A stretch of DNA of 64,000 nt from positions 7,687 to 71,686 of the forward strand of contig JAFRVY010000125.1 of the NCBI GenBank assembly GCA_017438285.1. Reading direction: 5' to 3'. The position numbers and the translations under genes were made by a program. Shown here piece by piece: positions 61,999-64,000 of the stretch; the stretch's first letter is position 1; each line of letters begins with the position of its first letter. The stretch is from Bacillota bacterium (GTDB taxonomy: Bacteria; Bacillota; Clostridia; Peptostreptococcales; Anaerovoracaceae). The notes under the pieces were generated by a model. That model saw nothing but the letters and a program-made list of their open reading frames with translations, made no database searches and was not told where the DNA came from.

Positions 61999-63062
61999 TA
62001 GTCCTTCGCCTGCTCTTCACCGCGCAAAACCCTGAGCACACCTTGCGTCAGAGCGAGCATTTCGTCTTCGCCCGGATACACGGTAACCGGTGCGATCCAG
62101 TCAACCAGTTTGGCGATCGCGTCTGTGACCACCTGGCTGTTGGCGATTCCGCCCGTTAATATGATTTGATCTACGCTGCCTGTCATAGCAATGGACATGG
62201 CAGCGATTTCTTTTGCAACCTGATAGTAAAAGGCATCCAAAGCCTTTTGCACCTTCACATCACCGGCCTCTGCAGCTGCCAGAAGTTCCCGCATGTTGTT
62301 GGAACCTGTATAGGCCAGCAGTCCGCTGTTTCTCGTGAACATCCTTTTGATCTCAGTTTCTTTCATGCCGCTTCTGAAGCACATCTCAACGATCTTGTTT
62401 ACCGGAAGGCTTCCTGCGCGTTCCGGAGAAAAGGGTCCTTCCCCGCCGACGGCGTCTTCTGTGTCCAGAACTCGTCCTTTCACATGAGCACCCACGGAGA
62501 CTCCTCCGCCCATATGGCAGACGAGGAGATTCAGGTTCTCATAGGACTGTCCCGTTTCTGCCGCATATCTTCTAGCAACGGCCTTCTGATTCAATGCATG
62601 AAATACGCAGACGCGCTCGATGTCCGGACACCCCGAGTATTTCGCTTTATCGGAGAGTTCGTTGACCACCGGCGGGTCAACGATGTACGCCGGCACACCG
62701 CTCTCAGACTCCAGTTCGCATCCGATGAGCGCGCCAAGATTCGAGGCGTGCTTTCCGCTGACACCTGTTATGGAATCCTCAAAGAGCTTCTCCGTCACAC
62801 GGTAGGTCCCGCTCGGGATCTGTCTGATCAGGCCGCCGCGGCAGGCGATGGCATCAAAGTCTCCCATGGCGAAATCATGGTTCTTGAGTGCTTCGGCCAC
62901 GAGGCCTTTGCGATAGTCCTTTTGGTCTGCAATTTTACCCAGATTCTTCAAGTATGTCGGGTCATGGCGAAGCGTCTCGCGGAAGACTTCCTGTTCGTCC
63001 TCGTATACGGCAAGCTTCGTCGATGTGGATCCCGGATTGATAACTAGTATTCTATATTCCAT
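61995..63062 (-). CDS. buk: Butyrate/branched-chain carboxylate kinase
   Basis: INPGSTSTK, RGG, HASNLG, FHALNQKA, GPFSPERAG, PGEDEM. Confidence 0.95.
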   Translation of the reverse strand: MEYRILVINPGSTSTKLAVYEDEQEVFRETLRHDPTYLKNLGKIADQKDYRKGLVAEALKNHDFAMGDFDAIACRGGLIRQIPSGTYRVTEKLFEDSITGVSGKHASNLGALIGCELESESGVPAYIVDPPVVNELSDKAKYSGCPDIERVCVFHALNQKAVARRYAAETGQSYENLNLLVCHMGGGVSVGAHVKGRVLDTEDAVGGEGPFSPERAGSLPVNKIVEMCFRSGMKETEIKRMFTRNSGLLAYTGSNNMRELLAAAEAGDVKVQKALDAFYYQVAKEIAAMSIAMTGSVDQIILTGGIANSQVVTDAIAKLVDWIAPVTVYPGEDEMLALTQGVLRVLRGEEQAKDY

Positions 63063-63130
63063 ATTATTTACCTCTGTAAGAATTATATGTTACAATCAAA
63101 GTCGAAATCAACAAGAGAAGCAGGAGTTTT

Positions 63131-64000
63131 ATGAACAATCTGAACGGCAAAAGCAACAATATGGGATTGACAATTTTTCTGATAGCGATGGTTTCTATCG
63201 GCTGGGGCGTCGCCTTTATTTCCCTTGCCATTCTCCTTGAGGTCATGGCGCCGATGCAGGTGCTGGCTGTCCGCTGGACCACCACGGCAGTCCTGTTTCT
63301 CATTCCTGTCCTTGCAGGGAAGATCAAGATCAATTTGAGAAAGAAGAATGTCGTATTCCTCTTTCTTGCCGGTCTGTTTGAACCATGCGCCTATTCCATT
63401 CTCGAAGCCTACGGAATTAAGATGACGTCGGCCTCTATCAGCGCCATCTTCGTCGCGACGATTCCGAGCATGACGCTGGTTCTGGGAATCATTTTTTTCA
63501 AGCACAGGGCAAATCTGAAACTGGTAGTCAGTCTCGTCCTGACTTTTCTGGGCGTTGTCATCGCTACATTCTTCTCACCGGTGTTCTCGGCAAGCGGAAC
63601 CCGCACCGGTATGATCTGTATGACCTTCGGCGTTATCGCCGCCAGCATGTACAGTCTTTCCAGCAAAAAAGCCTCATCGGATTTCGATGCAGTTTCGGTA
63701 ACGGCAATCATGGCCTTTGAAGGTGCGATTTTATTTAACATCATCTCCCTCTGCCAGGGTCACGGACTGGATACGTTCATCATTCCGTTTACCAGCGTCA
63801 AGCTTTTGATCAACCTGCTGTTTCTCGGTGTATTCTGTGCCTTTGCGTCCTACTTCTGTTTCAACAGACTGCTCTCGTATGTGGATGCGGCTCTTGCCAA
63901 CAACATCGTCGGCAGTCTTTCCACGATCATCGGCGTCGTCTGCGGCATCATGATCATGGGCGACATCTGGGGATGGTACACGGTCGTCGGACTTGGCATT
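63131..64000 (+). CDS. EamA/DMT family transporter (3' end outside window; not in ORF track)
   Basis: Manual translation MNNLNGKSNNMGLTIFLIAMVSIGWGVAF...AVRW...LFEPCAYSILEAYGI.MTSAS; AGGAG SD. Confidence 0.88.
   Translation, partial: MNNLNGKSNNMGLTIFLIAMVSIGWGVAFISLAILLEVMAPMQVLAVRWTTTAVLFLIPVLAGKIKINLRKKNVVFLFLAGLFEPCAYSILEAYGIKMTSASISAIFVATIPSMTLVLGIIFFKHRANLKLVVSLVLTFLGVVIATFFSPVFSASGTRTGMICMTFGVIAASMYSLSSKKASSDFDAVSVTAIMAFEGAILFNIISLCQGHGLDTFIIPFTSVKLLINLLFLGVFCAFASYFCFNRLLSYVDAALANNIVGSLSTIIGVVCGIMIMGDIWGWYTVVGLGI

Overview
This is a gene-dense, core-genome window of an anaerobic Firmicute. Gene content and order suggest Clostridia, possibly an Anaerovoracaceae/Family XIII-like gut or rumen lineage (inference). 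I see no mobile element, tRNA, rRNA or CRISPR array. Contents in order: yraN-comM-dprA; a YtrA-type GntR/ABC operon with a perfect operator; trkA-trkH-trkH; rpoN-gap-pgk-tpiA-eno-secG-hppA-rnr (no cggR, gpmI or smpB); rdgB-yihY-feoAB-hom-SEC-C-trmL; a rubredoxin missed by the ORF track followed by DUF2207 and a QueG-like Fe-S gene; idi-guaB with two fused MacB-like ABC genes; an acyl-CoA ligase/thioesterase/AEC module; a PhzF/ATP-grasp/EamA module; and a complete glycogen cluster with a second GAPDH. The best leads are: (1) a terminator/antiterminator leader ahead of the Na+-pumping pyrophosphatase (candidate ion riboswitch); (2) a glycolytic-operon GAPDH lacking the NAD-specifying Asp, while the canonical GAPDH heads the glycogen operon; (3) a PhzF + ATP-grasp + EamA module on one symmetric bidirectional promoter; (4) recurrent acidic Gly/Ala/Pro loop insertions in many housekeeping enzymes; (5) candidate leaderless mRNAs. 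All calls come from motif recognition by eye; no searches were run.
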